Assembly (NCBI GenBank): GCA_038217285.1
Contig: JBBQPO010000115.1
Location: 1-18,152, forward strand
Source: Chthonomonadales bacterium
GTDB taxonomy: Bacteria; Armatimonadota; Chthonomonadetes; Chthonomonadales; Chthonomonadaceae
Length of the DNA: 18,152 bases
Reading direction: 5' to 3'
The notes beneath the pieces were generated by a model that made no database searches, was not told the DNA's origin, and worked only from the letters and a program-made list of their open reading frames with translations. Below, in pieces: positions 17,163 through 18,152 of the stretch; within the stretch, counting starts at the first letter, position 1, and the number at the start of each line of letters is the position of its first letter. The position numbers were made by a program, and so were the translations under genes.

Positions 17163-18015
17163 ATGCGCTGCTGTCGCAAATCGAACGCGCTGAGAGCGCT
17201 GCTGGGTGCGGGACTGATGATGTCCGGCGTACACGCGTGGGCGCAGTCCCCACCGACGCCGGTTCGTCCACACGCCGGTCTGCTGCGTTATCCCAGCGTA
17301 AGTGCGAAACAGATCGTGTTTGTGTATGCCAATAAGCTCTGGCTGGCGGGGCATGAGGGGGGGCAGGCGGTTCCGCTTGCCACACCACCGGGCAGTGTGC
17401 GCCAGCCCAAATTCAGCCCCGACGGATCACGCGTCGCGTTTACGGGCAACTACGACGGTAACTTCGACCTGTACACCATTCCCGTCGAGGGCGGACTTCC
17501 CACGCGCGCCACCCACCATCCCGCCGCCGAGCACCTCTGCAACTGGACGCCGGACGGCAATCTGCTGTTCGCCAGCAACGGCCTTTCCGGGCAGGCGCGG
17601 CAGGATCAACTCTATACCGTCTCTCCGAACGGCGGCCTGCCCGCGAAACTGCCCGTGCCGTACGGCGATGATGCGGCTATCAGCCCGGACGGGCGCTATC
17701 TCGCGTATACGCCCTCGTCTACCAACAATCGCACCTGGAAACGCTATCGGGGCGGGTGGGCGCAGGACATCTGGCTGTTCGACCTGCAAACCAAAACGGC
17801 CAAGAGGATCACAGATTGGGAAGGCACCGATACTCTGCCGATGTGGCAGGGAACGCAGATTTTCTATCTGTCGGACGGCGGGCCGGAGCATCGCCTGAAC
17901 CTCTGGCGCTACGACACCAAAAGCGCACAGCGACAACAGATCACGCGACTGGCCGAGTACGACGTAAAATGGCCGTCTCTCGGACCGGGCGCGAAGGGGA
18001 CGGGCGAAATCATTT
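17163..18015 (+). pseudogene. Tricorn protease-like (S41) N-terminal beta-propeller, apparently interrupted at about 18015
   Basis: Absent from the ORF track because the frame has no stop before the window end. Manual translation from ATG 17163 (AGGAG at 17151-17155): signal peptide, LLRYPSV...IVFVYANKLW...PKFSPDG..VAFTGNYDGNFDLY...RTWKRYRGGWAQDIW...FYLSD...LNLW...YDVKWPSLGPG..GEII, after which recognisable similarity stops. Family call is firm; pseudogene status is inferred. Confidence 0.7.
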
Positions 18016-18152
18016 GGGTGCGTTCCATTTCATTGGGTGAAACTTTGTCTACGCTGCAAACCGTAATGGCGTCGTCAATTCGTCTGGTCGGGCGATTTTC
18101 CAGTAACCATAGACCTTCTTTTGACGCTGACGACGACGATAGGCATGGAAAC
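18016..18152 (-). mobile_element. Putative insertion-sequence end with 3' end of a minus-strand ORF
   Basis: Abrupt change in sequence character from GGGTGCGTTCCATTT; a minus-strand frame entering from the window edge reads FHAYRRRQRQKKVYGYWKIARPDELTTPLRFAA with stop at 18051-18049, 33 nt before the junction. Second terminus not visible. Confidence 0.45.

Noticed and set aside
17357-17363. G7 tract in the protease gene as a phase-variation site
   Set aside because: Short, in frame (E-G-G codons) and unremarkable at this GC content.
18018-18152. Group II intron 5' end (GTGCG)
   Set aside because: Only the pentamer matches; no domain I structure is evident, and a minus-strand ORF ending nearby fits an IS end better. 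Not fully excluded without downstream sequence.
1-18152. CRISPR array, rRNA or known defence genes
   Set aside because: I saw no regularly spaced repeat-spacer array, rRNA-like sequence or recognisable defence domains.

Overview
GC-rich bacterial chromosomal window. The DUF1559-type prepilin N-terminus ([40 protein letters not shown]) suggests Armatimonadota or a similar lineage; this is inference. Left to right: a partial DUF192-like gene, P5C dehydrogenase, HIT protein, a 177-aa orphan, a TolB-like beta-propeller, tRNA(CAT, probably Ile2), a prepilin/H-X9-DG gene directly followed by a DTE-motif xanthorhodopsin-clade rhodopsin, guaB, a small zinc-ribbon membrane protein, an AKR-GH39-GH35 sugar-utilisation run, a CrtX-like GT1 glycosyltransferase, a secreted hypothetical protein and a tricorn-type protease gene that appears interrupted near 18016 by an IS-like end. 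Most notable are the rhodopsin (Trp at the antenna-fenestration site, no retinal genes nearby) paired with the prepilin gene, a Rex/CRP-like operator, a possible hidden minus-strand small-ORF unit, and the protease disruption. All calls come from manual motif reading; no searches were run.
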